Positions 35,454-45,386 of a DNA stretch of 64,000 nucleotides are shown here, in pieces. Source of the stretch: Deinococcales bacterium (GTDB lineage Bacteria; Deinococcota; Deinococci; Deinococcales; JAAFIG01); contig JAAFJQ010000002.1 in the NCBI GenBank assembly GCA_013298185.1, positions 9,591 to 73,590 on the forward strand, written 5' to 3'. Under the pieces are notes generated by a model that saw only the letters and a list, made by a program, of their open reading frames with translations, searched no databases and was not told where the DNA came from. The position numbers and the translations under genes are program-made. Each line of letters begins with the position of its first letter. Positions within the stretch are counted from its first letter, which is position 1.

Positions 35454-36547
35454 CCACCCAGACCAATGAACTTCAAGCGCTGGTGACCACACTTGCTGAC
35501 AGTTTTGACCAAATTGTCTTCCTCGAGCGGGCAGTGCAGCACATCAACACTTGCGAAACCCCCGAGGCGCTGCTACCAATCCTCGAGGAAGCCCGCCTGA
35601 TGTTATCGGCTCAACACGCAGCCTTGTCACTTGGAGGGCAATGGCTGACCCCTGTGCCGCCTTGGCTGGCAGAGCTGGCAACCTATCAAGTACCCATGCT
35701 CCAACCAGCTTTGCTGATACCATTCAGAGGCGGATGGACAGCCTTTTGGGGTAAAGCCCAAGGCTTTGGGGCAGCCGAACGAAAAATTGCTGAAACCCTT
35801 GGGCGTTTAATGGCTGGTTTATACCAAAGTCTCGAGCTGCGCCAAAAACAGCAGCAACAAGCCTTAGAAGCCCATGAACAACGGCTTGCTTCGGATTTAT
35901 GGCGCACGATTATGCTGCAACCTCAAACCCAATTACCAGCTTACCAGTGGCAAGTCTGGTATGAACCAGCCAAAGAGATTGGCGGTGACTTTTACCTGAT
36001 GGATGACAATTGGGTCATGGTTGGCGACATCAGTGGCAAGGGCTTAGCCGCCGCGATGCTCTCGGGGATGTTCCAAGCTGCGGCAAAAGTTGCCTTAAAA
36101 CAAGCCCAACCTTTTAGGCAACTCGAGCAAGCCATGCTGGCTGATTTTCTAAAAACAGGCATGTTTTGTACCTTATTTGCCACACAATTTTTGAGTAATG
36201 GCGAACTTGGTTATTTGAATATGGGGCATCCGCCAGCTTTGCTGATTGATCCTGCTGGCTCGGTGCGGTGTTTATCAGCCACGACTTTACCGTTTGGCAT
36301 TTTTCCAACGCCAGACCTCGAGTTGCAACGGGTTCAACTGGTAGACCAAGAAATTTTGGTTATCCTGACCGATGGTGTCACCGAAGCCAGTCAACACGGT
36401 TTGTTATACGGGCAAGAAAGACTGATTTCTTTACTTAAAAAAACCACGCACCCAAGCCAAGTTATTGCTAAAATAAAGTCAGAACTCAAAAGTTGGCAAA
36501 TCGAAGATGATGTGTGTGTCCTTGCCATCCAATACCAAGCCACTTAA
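35450..36547 (+). CDS. PP2C/SpoIIE-type serine phosphatase with an N-terminal sensory region
   Basis: GGDFYLM, VGDISGKGLAAAML, LTDGVTEA. 4-nt overlap with the STAS gene. Confidence 0.8.
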   Translation: MTTQTNELQALVTTLADSFDQIVFLERAVQHINTCETPEALLPILEEARLMLSAQHAALSLGGQWLTPVPPWLAELATYQVPMLQPALLIPFRGGWTAFWGKAQGFGAAERKIAETLGRLMAGLYQSLELRQKQQQQALEAHEQRLASDLWRTIMLQPQTQLPAYQWQVWYEPAKEIGGDFYLMDDNWVMVGDISGKGLAAAMLSGMFQAAAKVALKQAQPFRQLEQAMLADFLKTGMFCTLFATQFLSNGELGYLNMGHPPALLIDPAGSVRCLSATTLPFGIFPTPDLELQRVQLVDQEILVILTDGVTEASQHGLLYGQERLISLLKKTTHPSQVIAKIKSELKSWQIEDDVCVLAIQYQAT

Positions 36548-36556
36548 AGGACTGTT

Positions 36557-36922
36557 ATGCAGCGTCAATTTCAAGCTATTCCCGCATCTTTGGAACAGAT
36601 TGCACTTTTTTTAAGCGAGGCGGGTGTGGTGCATCCGCGTGTTCTTTTGGTTGTCAATGAGTTAGTCACCAATGCAATTTTACATGGAAAGGCTAAAATA
36701 TTAAAAATTGTGATTCAAAAACAAAAAGAGTCTTTAAAAATCATTATTTCTGATGATGGAATAAAGTTTGATATAACTCAAAATATTTTTTCTTTACCAA
36801 TTCAAATTCAAGAAAATGGCTATGGTTTATATGTGATTCAAAATTTAGTGGATAAAATAAATTACTCAAGAGAAAACAATTGGAATTTCAATGAATTTCA
36901 GTTTACTGAAAACCATGAATAA
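36557..36922 (+). CDS. RsbW/SpoIIAB-like anti-sigma serine kinase (HATPase_c)
   Basis: N-box ELVTNAILHG; ISDDGIKFD; ENGYGLYVIQNLVD. The 3' two-thirds is very AT-rich. Confidence 0.7.
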   Translation: MQRQFQAIPASLEQIALFLSEAGVVHPRVLLVVNELVTNAILHGKAKILKIVIQKQKESLKIIISDDGIKFDITQNIFSLPIQIQENGYGLYVIQNLVDKINYSRENNWNFNEFQFTENHE

Positions 36923-37268
36923 TCAACTGATTGTTGTGTTTTGTAAAGACATTAGCCTTCGATTGCTGATTGATTATATTCTAAAAAGTCGTTATCAAAA
37001 TATTCAATTTATTTCGAGTTTATCAGAATTATCGGGTATTTACAGCCCCAATATTTTTTTAATTATTTTTGATTTTGGTACTGAACCAACCCAAACACTT
37101 CAAGCTATTAAAACAATCAGACAAGTATCTAAAATACCCATTATGGTCATTGAAAACTACACTGAGATTTCCGATGAAATTCATTTGAAAGCCCTTGGTG
37201 TCAACAGTTTTTTAACCAATCCATTCTCTCGAGATCAGTTGCTGGCAGAAGTCAAAAAATATGAATAA
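36915..37268 (+). CDS. Receiver-like (REC) single-domain protein with a degenerate acidic pocket
   Basis: ATG 36915 (MNNQLIVVF) overlaps the previous stop. LIIFDF (Asp), PIMVIEN, NSFLTNPF. The N-terminal DD pair is replaced by KD. Confidence 0.5.
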   Translation: MNNQLIVVFCKDISLRLLIDYILKSRYQNIQFISSLSELSGIYSPNIFLIIFDFGTEPTQTLQAIKTIRQVSKIPIMVIENYTEISDEIHLKALGVNSFLTNPFSRDQLLAEVKKYE

Positions 37269-40257
37269 GTTAATTCAAAAGCACGCCCTTTTTTTTGTTG
37301 CCTTAGGCATTATTTTGCTTTTTCATGGCACATTGTTAGTCAATCAAAGTTTTTATCGCACCTATGATGCGCTGATTCACATTTTTTTTGCTTCGCATTA
37401 TGCCAATGCTTGGTTTGACCCTTGGGAACCTCGGTGGTACACAGGTTTTACAGTTTTTTCTTACCCGCCACTTTCACATCAATTGATTGCGTTGCTCAGT
37501 TGGTTTATGGATTTGCGGCTTGCTTTTGGCTTGGTACAATTTGGCGCGATTTGCGTACTGGCGCTTGGAATTTACCGCTTTTCGCAGCTTTTGGGTTCAA
37601 CCACAGCGGCTGGTTTGGCAAGCCTGCTTTTTGCGGTCTCGAGTAGCTTAACCCAAACTGTGCATGTTTACGGACAACTCCCAACCATTTTATCACTTGG
37701 GTTGTTGCTCAATGCCTTGCCTTTTTTGGTGGACTACATCCGCTTTGGGCGTAAACAGCACCTCTACAAAGCCTTGATTCTGGTGGCTGCCACCACCACG
37801 GCTCATCATGTCACGACTATTTTTGGCAGCGTTTTTTTTATTCTGCCGCTGATGGTTGCTTTTTGGTTGCCAACCGCCAAACAAGCCCGTCCACTCGAGC
37901 CAAGCACCCCGACTTTTTACCGCATGTTACCGACAACCTATAGGTCTGTTATTTTTCTGGGTTGCACCGTGGTTTTTTTGGTACTAACGGTACTACCTTA
38001 CTGGCTTTGGAGTCGCAATGACCCGATCACCCAAACACCCATTCCCCATGCCAGCCGCGATAATTTTATCCAAAACCCCAATGCTGGGTTACTCTTTTTT
38101 GTGATTCCGTGGTCGAGTCTGATTGTCTTCTTACCCAATGCCATCAGCCATGCCCTACGTTCTTGGCGTTGGGCAATTGGGATCAGTCTGATGCTGCTTT
38201 TTATCCTCGGCACGGGTGGCACAACACCATTGCCAAAATTGATGCTGGGTCCTGCTTTTGATATTTTAACCCTCGAGCGTTTTACCTTTTGGGCAACCAT
38301 TCTGATTTTACCATTTGCAGGCATCAGCCTCGAGCGATTGCTGCATAGCGATTTAAGTCCGTTTTCGGATCAACGGCAATTCAAGCTGCTGCTTCTACTT
38401 GGTGGGGTAGCAGTAAGCCTAGGCATTGCCATTTATATTTCTGGGATGACTCGGCTGCGCCAGTTTCAACCAGAGCCAATCAATGTTCAACCAATTGTTG
38501 AATTCATCAACAAAGACGAGCATTGGCGTTACCGTTACTTAACCCTTGGCTTTGGTGACCAAATGGCGTGGTTGTCTGCCAACACCAAAGCCCAGACACC
38601 AGACGGCAATTATCATTCTGCTCGGCGTTTAATTGAACTGACCAAAACCAGTGTCGAGCGGTTGGATGGTGCAAAATTTAGAGGCGTAGATGGCATTGGT
38701 AGCTTAGAAGAATTTCTGACCAACCCTGAGCGCTTTCACCTGAAATTTATTTTTAGCAATGATACCTTCTACGACCCCCTACTGTTTTTTATGGGCTGGC
38801 ACAAAGTCATTCGACTCGAGAATGGGATCATGGTTTGGGAGCGCGAGGACATCCCACCTCTGCCTGAGCGTTTACCGCGTCCAGTCATTGATTTATGGCA
38901 AAGAATTGTCTGGGGCAGTTTACCAATGCTGATTTTGGGCTTGCTCCCCTTGGTGCTGATTCGCCAAGCCAAGCCAGACCGTCTGTATTTTTGGCATCGC
39001 TACACTTGGGGTAAAGGCTGGTTGCGGCGCTTAAAAGCCGATTCCAGCCCAAGGCAACTTGTCGAATCAGAAGCGACTTTTCAACCGATTCGCCGACCTC
39101 GAGTTTGGCTTGGTTTATCTGGTTTGGTTGGTCTGGTTTTGCTTGGCGTTTGGTTATATCCAACCCCAAGCACCCCCGAAAAAACCATTCAAGCCTACTG
39201 GAATGACCTTGATTTTGGACGTTTCAGCCAATCATTTGACTATATTTCAAAACAACAAGGTCTGACTTTAGAACGCTATTTGCTCGAGCGTTCGATTCGT
39301 GGTGGTTTAATTGTCAATTACGCTAAATTGTCCGAAATAAAAACAACCATCATCTCGAGCAGTGCCAATCAAGCTGTAGTACAAGCGGAGATCAGTTGGT
39401 TGACCAGTCTAAGTACACTCACCCGACGCTTTGTCTACCAAATGGTGCTAGAAGCTGGAGCTTGGAAAATCAAGCAATCACCTTCGGTCTTACCGCGTCC
39501 TACCAAGCGTTTTTTCACCGAACCAGCCTTGGAATACGATCGCGCTCCAAGGCGTTTGACCACTTTGACCAGCGATGCTCGAGATATTTTAGACCGCCCT
39601 CAACTCGAGGTGATTTCTGCCCGTTTGGTGACGTGGAAAAACACCACAGGGCAACTTGTTTGGTCCGTGATAGGCGAACTTGAAAACATTGATGCCCGCC
39701 CAGCTGACTGCACGGTCACGGTGGTGCTGCGCGACCAGTATCAACGCCAAATTGCTCAGAGCAATGCTGGAATGACCCTGTTACATAAATTATTGCCAGG
39801 TGAGCGTACAGCCTTTCGGGTTGATTTTACTGCCCTATCAGCACCAATCAATGACTTTGAAGTGATTGCCAAAGCCGTGGTTACCCAAACCGACCTCGAG
39901 CGACCATTGGCAATTTGGGTAAAACAAAAACCTGATCGCTTTGAAGCTCAAATAAGTAACCTCAGCAACCAAAATGTAGTTGTGTCAAGAGCGTTTTTTC
40001 ATTTTTATGACGCATCTGGTTTGGCTTGGTCAGAAAACCAAATTATCGAAAACCAAATTCCACCCTCTAGCAGCCTGCGGCATTCGTTTGTCCTGACAAC
40101 CCCAAAAGAATACCGTGTGCTTGCCATCCAGCGCCAAGTGACTGATGCTCGAGTGGTTTTTGATAATAAAACTGCCCAACGTCCTGCCTCGACCACTGTT
40201 TTCAATCTGCCTTGGTCATACCGCATTCAAATGCAGGCGTTTTTAGGAACGCGATGA
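37261..40257 (+). CDS. Large polytopic membrane protein (GT-C-like N-terminal half, ~440-aa extracytoplasmic C-terminal half)
   Basis: 998 aa. More than 10 hydrophobic segments in the first ~560 aa, and another near residue 620. WFDPWEPRWYTGFTVFSYPPLSHQ motif. Confidence 0.5.
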   Translation: MNKLIQKHALFFVALGIILLFHGTLLVNQSFYRTYDALIHIFFASHYANAWFDPWEPRWYTGFTVFSYPPLSHQLIALLSWFMDLRLAFGLVQFGAICVLALGIYRFSQLLGSTTAAGLASLLFAVSSSLTQTVHVYGQLPTILSLGLLLNALPFLVDYIRFGRKQHLYKALILVAATTTAHHVTTIFGSVFFILPLMVAFWLPTAKQARPLEPSTPTFYRMLPTTYRSVIFLGCTVVFLVLTVLPYWLWSRNDPITQTPIPHASRDNFIQNPNAGLLFFVIPWSSLIVFLPNAISHALRSWRWAIGISLMLLFILGTGGTTPLPKLMLGPAFDILTLERFTFWATILILPFAGISLERLLHSDLSPFSDQRQFKLLLLLGGVAVSLGIAIYISGMTRLRQFQPEPINVQPIVEFINKDEHWRYRYLTLGFGDQMAWLSANTKAQTPDGNYHSARRLIELTKTSVERLDGAKFRGVDGIGSLEEFLTNPERFHLKFIFSNDTFYDPLLFFMGWHKVIRLENGIMVWEREDIPPLPERLPRPVIDLWQRIVWGSLPMLILGLLPLVLIRQAKPDRLYFWHRYTWGKGWLRRLKADSSPRQLVESEATFQPIRRPRVWLGLSGLVGLVLLGVWLYPTPSTPEKTIQAYWNDLDFGRFSQSFDYISKQQGLTLERYLLERSIRGGLIVNYAKLSEIKTTIISSSANQAVVQAEISWLTSLSTLTRRFVYQMVLEAGAWKIKQSPSVLPRPTKRFFTEPALEYDRAPRRLTTLTSDARDILDRPQLEVISARLVTWKNTTGQLVWSVIGELENIDARPADCTVTVVLRDQYQRQIAQSNAGMTLLHKLLPGERTAFRVDFTALSAPINDFEVIAKAVVTQTDLERPLAIWVKQKPDRFEAQISNLSNQNVVVSRAFFHFYDASGLAWSENQIIENQIPPSSSLRHSFVLTTPKEYRVLAIQRQVTDARVVFDNKTAQRPASTTVFNLPWSYRIQMQAFLGTR

Positions 40258-41474
40258 AGTCGGTTATTTTCCTAGTGATGGTTTTTATCCTATCTTCTTT
40301 AGCTGGAGTGGCGTTTTATATTGTTTTCCATGTATTATTTCAACCTTCAACCAAGCAGCTCGAGTTTCGCCCAGAAACCAAAGTGGCAATCACCCAAGCT
40401 GGTATCGTCTTACAAATTGTTGCCCCAAATCAACAGCCTTTCCCTGGTGGACTAACAGCCAAAGTTTGGCTTGAGACTCCCGCCGGGATACTGGTAGCCA
40501 CCAGCATAACCACACAAGAAGATAAGCAAAGCTATTTTTTCCCGTACAAACGAGCTGGCTTGGTGATCTACCAAGTGCAGATCGGTCAGTACCGCAGCTT
40601 TGGTCGTCTGGAGCGCCAGAGCCTCTTACCAGTCAATCCGCTAAAACTCAATGTTGGCGCTCGAGCGGTACGACTTGATACCAGCCGCCCACCTGCTTTG
40701 GTGATTCACCCAACCGATGCCTTGGGCAATGTCAGTGATGCACCGATTCTGGTCACTACCCGAACCCCCAATGGCACAATTCAACAAACAACCATTCGCA
40801 GTCAGCATCTGCTGGCGTGGACTTGGCTGCCTGTTGGACAGCGCCCGGGTTTACTTCATGTTGCCGCCCAAAGCAGTCAGGCTTTTGGTGAGCGAGCCGA
40901 AGTGGATATTCTGGCAGGCGCAACCCAACAAGCCCAACTTGACTCGAATGCCAATATGGTCAACGACCCAACTCGAGATCAAGTCGAACTGTTATTCAAC
41001 AAGGCAATAGATCAATTTGGTAATCCTGCCACCGATGGAGCAGCCGTTGAATTTACCAGTCAGTCAGTGTTAGGTTGGAATTTATTTCTAACCCGCCCGT
41101 TGGTGCGCTCGAGCGCCACTGGCAAGATACCTCTGCTTGGTTCTGGCAAGCTACAAGCTCGAGCCGAAGCGTACCAAAGCCCAAAACAGAGCATCAAAGT
41201 TAAATCTTTGCCTTGGCAGGTCTGGCTGGAAAACAATCAGCTCCTGAGTTCAGTTTTTCGGGATGAACTTGGTTCAACCTTGGATGATGGCACACCGATA
41301 GAGCTAGACCTGATAAACAAAACCACACAACGGCACTTCACAACGTACTTGAAAAACGGTCGTATCGGTTTCCCACTCCCCAATATTGGTGCGTTTAAGC
41401 AACTCGAGGTGACAGTCTATGGCGAGACAAAAACCATTCAACTTAACGATTTGGGAAAAAAAGGCAAACCCTAA
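40254..41474 (+). CDS. Membrane-anchored hypothetical protein
   Basis: ATGA overlap with the previous gene. N-terminal TM MKSVIFLVMVFILSSLAGVAFYIVF. The rest is beta-rich with no motif. Confidence 0.5.
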   Translation: MKSVIFLVMVFILSSLAGVAFYIVFHVLFQPSTKQLEFRPETKVAITQAGIVLQIVAPNQQPFPGGLTAKVWLETPAGILVATSITTQEDKQSYFFPYKRAGLVIYQVQIGQYRSFGRLERQSLLPVNPLKLNVGARAVRLDTSRPPALVIHPTDALGNVSDAPILVTTRTPNGTIQQTTIRSQHLLAWTWLPVGQRPGLLHVAAQSSQAFGERAEVDILAGATQQAQLDSNANMVNDPTRDQVELLFNKAIDQFGNPATDGAAVEFTSQSVLGWNLFLTRPLVRSSATGKIPLLGSGKLQARAEAYQSPKQSIKVKSLPWQVWLENNQLLSSVFRDELGSTLDDGTPIELDLINKTTQRHFTTYLKNGRIGFPLPNIGAFKQLEVTVYGETKTIQLNDLGKKGKP

Positions 41475-43098
41475 AATCGGGTTCAACCTCGAGCCAAATT
41501 CGGGCATGGTTTCGTTCAATGATCTGCTTAACAATATGCAGCCCTATCCCCATTCCATCTTGGGTATTGGTGGTGTAAAACAAATCAAACAAACGCCGAG
41601 ATGATTCTGGGGCTATTGGATTTGTATTGTTGGTGATTTCCAACCAAGTTCCACTTTCAAACGCCATACTGACAATCTGAATCCACGGAGCTTCTTGGTT
41701 TTTCCCTGCAAATTTCACAGCGTTCTGTACCAGATTTTGTAAAACTTGATAAAGTTCGGATTCAGCAAAAAACACACTGGGAGAAGCTAAGTTCAACTCG
41801 ATTTTAACTTGGCGCAATTCAATGTCAGCCTCTAAACTATCAAAAACCTGCTGCAATATGCTTTGCAGTTCCACTTGCCCAATCAAAAGACTTGATTGAC
41901 CTCGAGCCAATTCAAGCATCACATTCAGCATTTCATTCATCCGCACCGCAGCCGTCTGCACTGAGTCGGCAATGCGGGTTAATTGACTGTTGGTTGCACT
42001 CTGCTCTTTGATACGACGACTAGCCGCCAACAAGACACTTAAAGGCGCACGGAGATCATGTGAAGCGCTAAACACAAACGCCTCGAGTTCGATAGTTCGA
42101 TTTCGCAATTCATCGGTACGAGCAATCACTTGCTGTTCGAGATCAAGATTAAAAGCCCTGAGTTTTTCGACCAGTTGAATTCGTTCAATGGTATGAGCCA
42201 AAATCTGGGAGATACTCAAAAATAAATCCATTTCTTCCATAATTTCTTCGGCGCTTTGTTTGGCAAATCCCAATTGAATCTCACCAAATACACCGTCTTG
42301 CGTTACAATTGGCAATAACAAGATGGTTAATAAATTATTTCTATGAAGATAATCAATATCGGCTCGGTTGGCATGTGTTGTGTCTAAAATAACTGGTTTT
42401 TGTGTTTGCAAAACCAATGCAGTTGGAGAATTTTCTCTGGTCATCCAAATGGTTTCAGGTCTACAAGCACTTGATTTTATACCTTCAATAACAATAATTT
42501 TAAGGTATTTTGAACCAACTAAACTTGAAATTTTAATCGATTGATTATTAAAAATTTGATAAATTTTTTGAGTAAAATAACTACAAGCGCCTAAAATTGT
42601 ATAAATATTATTTAATTCAAACGAAGTTTCTTGAAGTAAATATCTTTGTTGATATATTTTTTTATATTTTATAAGTAATTTTACTTGATTATCAATATCT
42701 GTATTTGTTCCAATCCAGTGCGTAATTTCATCATTTTTAACCACTGGCTTAGCTGTAACTTGAAACCATTGCCAAGTATTTTTTGAAGATTTTAATCTTA
42801 CTTGTATGTTTAAATGAATAATTTTTTGTTCAGCCAATTTCCAAGCCATTAAAAAACCCGTAAGATCTTCTGGGTGTATAACACTGTAAAGCCTTTGACT
42901 AGATATTTTACTTTTACCATATAATCCCGTAAAACTTTGCCAATATTTGTTGAAATAAACTATATTTTTTTTAGAATTTAAGACAAACCAGACATGGTGC
43001 GGAATATTTTCAAAAAGTTCTATATTTTCAGGGATTAAAGAATCAAAATCTAACAAGATAAGCCTCCAAGCATGGTTTCCTAAATTCAGAAGCACCAA
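41443..43098 (-). CDS. PAS-GAF sensor histidine kinase (5' boundary uncertain)
   Basis: H-box FSASHDLRAPL, N-box LVQNAVKF, G-box DGMGIGLHIVKQI. The sensor half (about 42250-43098) is very AT-rich. Confidence 0.8.
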   Translation of the reverse strand: MVLLNLGNHAWRLILLDFDSLIPENIELFENIPHHVWFVLNSKKNIVYFNKYWQSFTGLYGKSKISSQRLYSVIHPEDLTGFLMAWKLAEQKIIHLNIQVRLKSSKNTWQWFQVTAKPVVKNDEITHWIGTNTDIDNQVKLLIKYKKIYQQRYLLQETSFELNNIYTILGACSYFTQKIYQIFNNQSIKISSLVGSKYLKIIVIEGIKSSACRPETIWMTRENSPTALVLQTQKPVILDTTHANRADIDYLHRNNLLTILLLPIVTQDGVFGEIQLGFAKQSAEEIMEEMDLFLSISQILAHTIERIQLVEKLRAFNLDLEQQVIARTDELRNRTIELEAFVFSASHDLRAPLSVLLAASRRIKEQSATNSQLTRIADSVQTAAVRMNEMLNVMLELARGQSSLLIGQVELQSILQQVFDSLEADIELRQVKIELNLASPSVFFAESELYQVLQNLVQNAVKFAGKNQEAPWIQIVSMAFESGTWLEITNNTNPIAPESSRRLFDLFYTTNTQDGMGIGLHIVKQIIERNHARIWLEVEPDFRVCLFFPNR

Positions 43099-43163
43099 GC
43101 CAACATCAGCGATTCATGAGATAAAATTTTGAACAAGCTAATAAAAACTCACTGAAACTTCAC

Positions 43164-43203
43164 TGAGAAAGCTGTCTCAAGCCAAAAAGAGACAGCTTTC
43201 TCA
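43164..43203 (-). terminator. Perfect 15-bp-stem hairpin TGAGAAAGCTGTCTC-N10-GAGACAGCTTTCTCA downstream of the TPR-SARP gene
   Basis: Read directly. A third GAGACAGCT copy follows at ~43212. No clean T-run. Confidence 0.45.
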
Positions 43204-43234
43204 GCTTGACTTGAGACAGCTCTATCCAGTCAAT

Positions 43235-45154
43235 TTAATTGATGTGCATATTTCGCTCGAGGCGTTGCAATTCTTGTGGAATTTCATCAAGCTCTTGCAA
43301 AAAACGATTTTGCAAACGAATAAGGGTGCGTTTCGCTGCCAGTTCACCCTCCAAAGCCAGGGTGGCATTGACCATATACTCAGCTAATGCCACATCCAAT
43401 TCTAGCTCGAGCAATCGCTCAGCCAGTGAAATACATTTGTGATATTCACCAAGAGCAGACCATTTTTGTAGGGTTTGTAATCCGATTTTTGTGATTGACC
43501 AAGCCAAAGTATTTCGCTCCCTTTCCGCCCAAAGGCTGGTTGCCTGAGGTAAAAATGGACCCGCCATTTGATCCAAAGCAACCTGAACCTTATTTTCAGC
43601 ATCGCTTCTGAGGATTTGCTGAAGTAAAGTATAGTCCCACTGAAAGTGTTTAGCTTGGTAACTGAGCGAATACGTTTTATGCCGAGCCGAATACTCAAAA
43701 GAAATCACTTTGGTCTTTTGACGCAAATATTTATTGGCTTGGTGAAAGTAATCTATGGCGCGTTTAGGATCGGAATCCGGAAACAAAGCAGCCATGATTT
43801 GCTCGCGTCGGCTGTGCGGGTGAAGCAGCAAGTACGCCATGATTTCAATGGTTCTGACCATATCCAAAGCAATCACTTCGCCATTGATACGCAACTGCAT
43901 TTGCCCTAAAGTCAATAAATCAATCTGCATATCCACTGAACTTGGCACAACATCTTCTTTGGGGATAACAATGTAGCGCCCACTGTGCTTAGCTGGTAAA
44001 GATCGAATCTGCTTACACAATAAACTCAAACCAGATGCTTCAACCAACGTACTGTGTGCATTACCCGCAAAGGCAGTGCGTCCTGCCAGAACCAGACACT
44101 GGTCTATCCGTTCAGATGACTGCCCCAAGCGCAAATAGCCTTCGATTTGATTTAACAAAGCCCAAAGCACTTCTCGAGTTGCGCCCAAACGCCTAAATTC
44201 AGTTTCTGCAAAATTGAGGCGCTCTAACCCTAAAGTATCACCTTCGGCAGTCAGTAAGGCACCTTCACGCAAAGCAAAATAAGCGCTTTCTCGAGCCGTC
44301 ATGGTCGGTAAAGCATTTTTAGCTCGCAACAAATGTAAACGTGCCAGTTCAGTTTCCCCGAGTACCATCAGGGTTGTGACCAAACCAAGCTCGGCATAAA
44401 ATTCGGTGGATGAATCGGGTACTTGTTTAGCAAAACCAGCCGCTTTTAAGTAAGCGCCTTGGGCAGCTTGCCAATCCCCAACGGCTCTTGCCCAAGTACC
44501 AAGTGCATACTCGAGCAGTCCTTCTAAAGTCGGAGTTTCCGAAATACCAATTTTTGCTTGGTTGAGGTCTTGTTGCGCCACATCCAAGTGACCTAAATAC
44601 ACCCGACACAAACCACGGTAAATCAGTAAACGGGTGCGCCTTCCGGGGCGTAAACAATTTAAGCCAAGCGAGTAATAATGCACTGCATGTTCGTAACGCT
44701 CGAGTTGATTGTAGATCATACCCAATGCTTGAGCTATACCTGCTTGTAAAGGTTGAAGCCCTGCATCTGAAAGACTTAAACTCCAAGCCTGCTCGAGACA
44801 TTCAACAGCACATTGATGCTCACCAGTACGAAACGCATGAAGACCAGACTCGCGCCAATACAGGATTTGATTGATCGGCGAAAGTCGGTGATGGTGCAAT
44901 TGATCAAGACACTGTTTTGACTTAGCAGTTTCACCTAAAAAACGGTACATCGTAGCAAGTTCAATGGCGGCTTCTTCACAACCACGGGTTTTGGCTTGAA
45001 GCAGCAAGTCTTTAGCTTGAAGGATTTTTTGTTGATGAAGTAAATATACCCCTCCCCAACGATCATCTTCAGCCGTAGGTTGCTCGAGTTCACAGTAAAG
45101 ACTCCAAGCCAATTCTTCTTCACCACTAAGCAGATGCTTAAAAATTGGATTCAT
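43235..45154 (-). CDS. Regulator with an N-terminal TPR-like helical-repeat domain and a C-terminal SARP module (OmpR-type wHTH + BTAD)
   Basis: 639 aa. ~400 aa of TPR-like repeats. Then LLTLGQMQLRINGEVIAL...IEIMAYLLLHPHSRREQIMAALFPDSDPKRA (wHTH) and a BTAD-like helical tail. Confidence 0.65.
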   Translation of the reverse strand: MNPIFKHLLSGEEELAWSLYCELEQPTAEDDRWGGVYLLHQQKILQAKDLLLQAKTRGCEEAAIELATMYRFLGETAKSKQCLDQLHHHRLSPINQILYWRESGLHAFRTGEHQCAVECLEQAWSLSLSDAGLQPLQAGIAQALGMIYNQLERYEHAVHYYSLGLNCLRPGRRTRLLIYRGLCRVYLGHLDVAQQDLNQAKIGISETPTLEGLLEYALGTWARAVGDWQAAQGAYLKAAGFAKQVPDSSTEFYAELGLVTTLMVLGETELARLHLLRAKNALPTMTARESAYFALREGALLTAEGDTLGLERLNFAETEFRRLGATREVLWALLNQIEGYLRLGQSSERIDQCLVLAGRTAFAGNAHSTLVEASGLSLLCKQIRSLPAKHSGRYIVIPKEDVVPSSVDMQIDLLTLGQMQLRINGEVIALDMVRTIEIMAYLLLHPHSRREQIMAALFPDSDPKRAIDYFHQANKYLRQKTKVISFEYSARHKTYSLSYQAKHFQWDYTLLQQILRSDAENKVQVALDQMAGPFLPQATSLWAERERNTLAWSITKIGLQTLQKWSALGEYHKCISLAERLLELELDVALAEYMVNATLALEGELAAKRTLIRLQNRFLQELDEIPQELQRLERNMHIN

Positions 45155-45232
45155 ACCCTCTCTCAGTGTACACCTCAGTATTCCAACAGAACGTGCTTTC
45201 TAGCATAGCCGCAACCTTAAAGGAGGTTGTGT

Positions 45233-45355
45233 ATGCAAAAAGTATTAAAACTCTTGGCTATGGTTTTTGTGTTACTGGCTGGTGGAATCGCTTTAGCTGA
45301 CCCTGACACTGGGGCAGGAACAGGCATTGGTAATGGCATTACACAAAGACCATAA
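45233..45355 (+). CDS. Unannotated 40-aa secreted peptide precursor (MQKVLKLLAMVFVLLAGGIALA/DPDTGAGTGIGNGITQRP)
   Basis: Not in the ORF track (under 60 aa). AAAGGAGG RBS 7 nt before ATG 45233. Classic signal peptide with an ALA cleavage motif. Followed by a hairpin + T-run. Divergent from the TPR-SARP gene across 78 bp. Confidence 0.5.
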   Translation: MQKVLKLLAMVFVLLAGGIALADPDTGAGTGIGNGITQRP

Positions 45356-45386
45356 ACACAAGTAAATACCATGGATTTTAACAACT

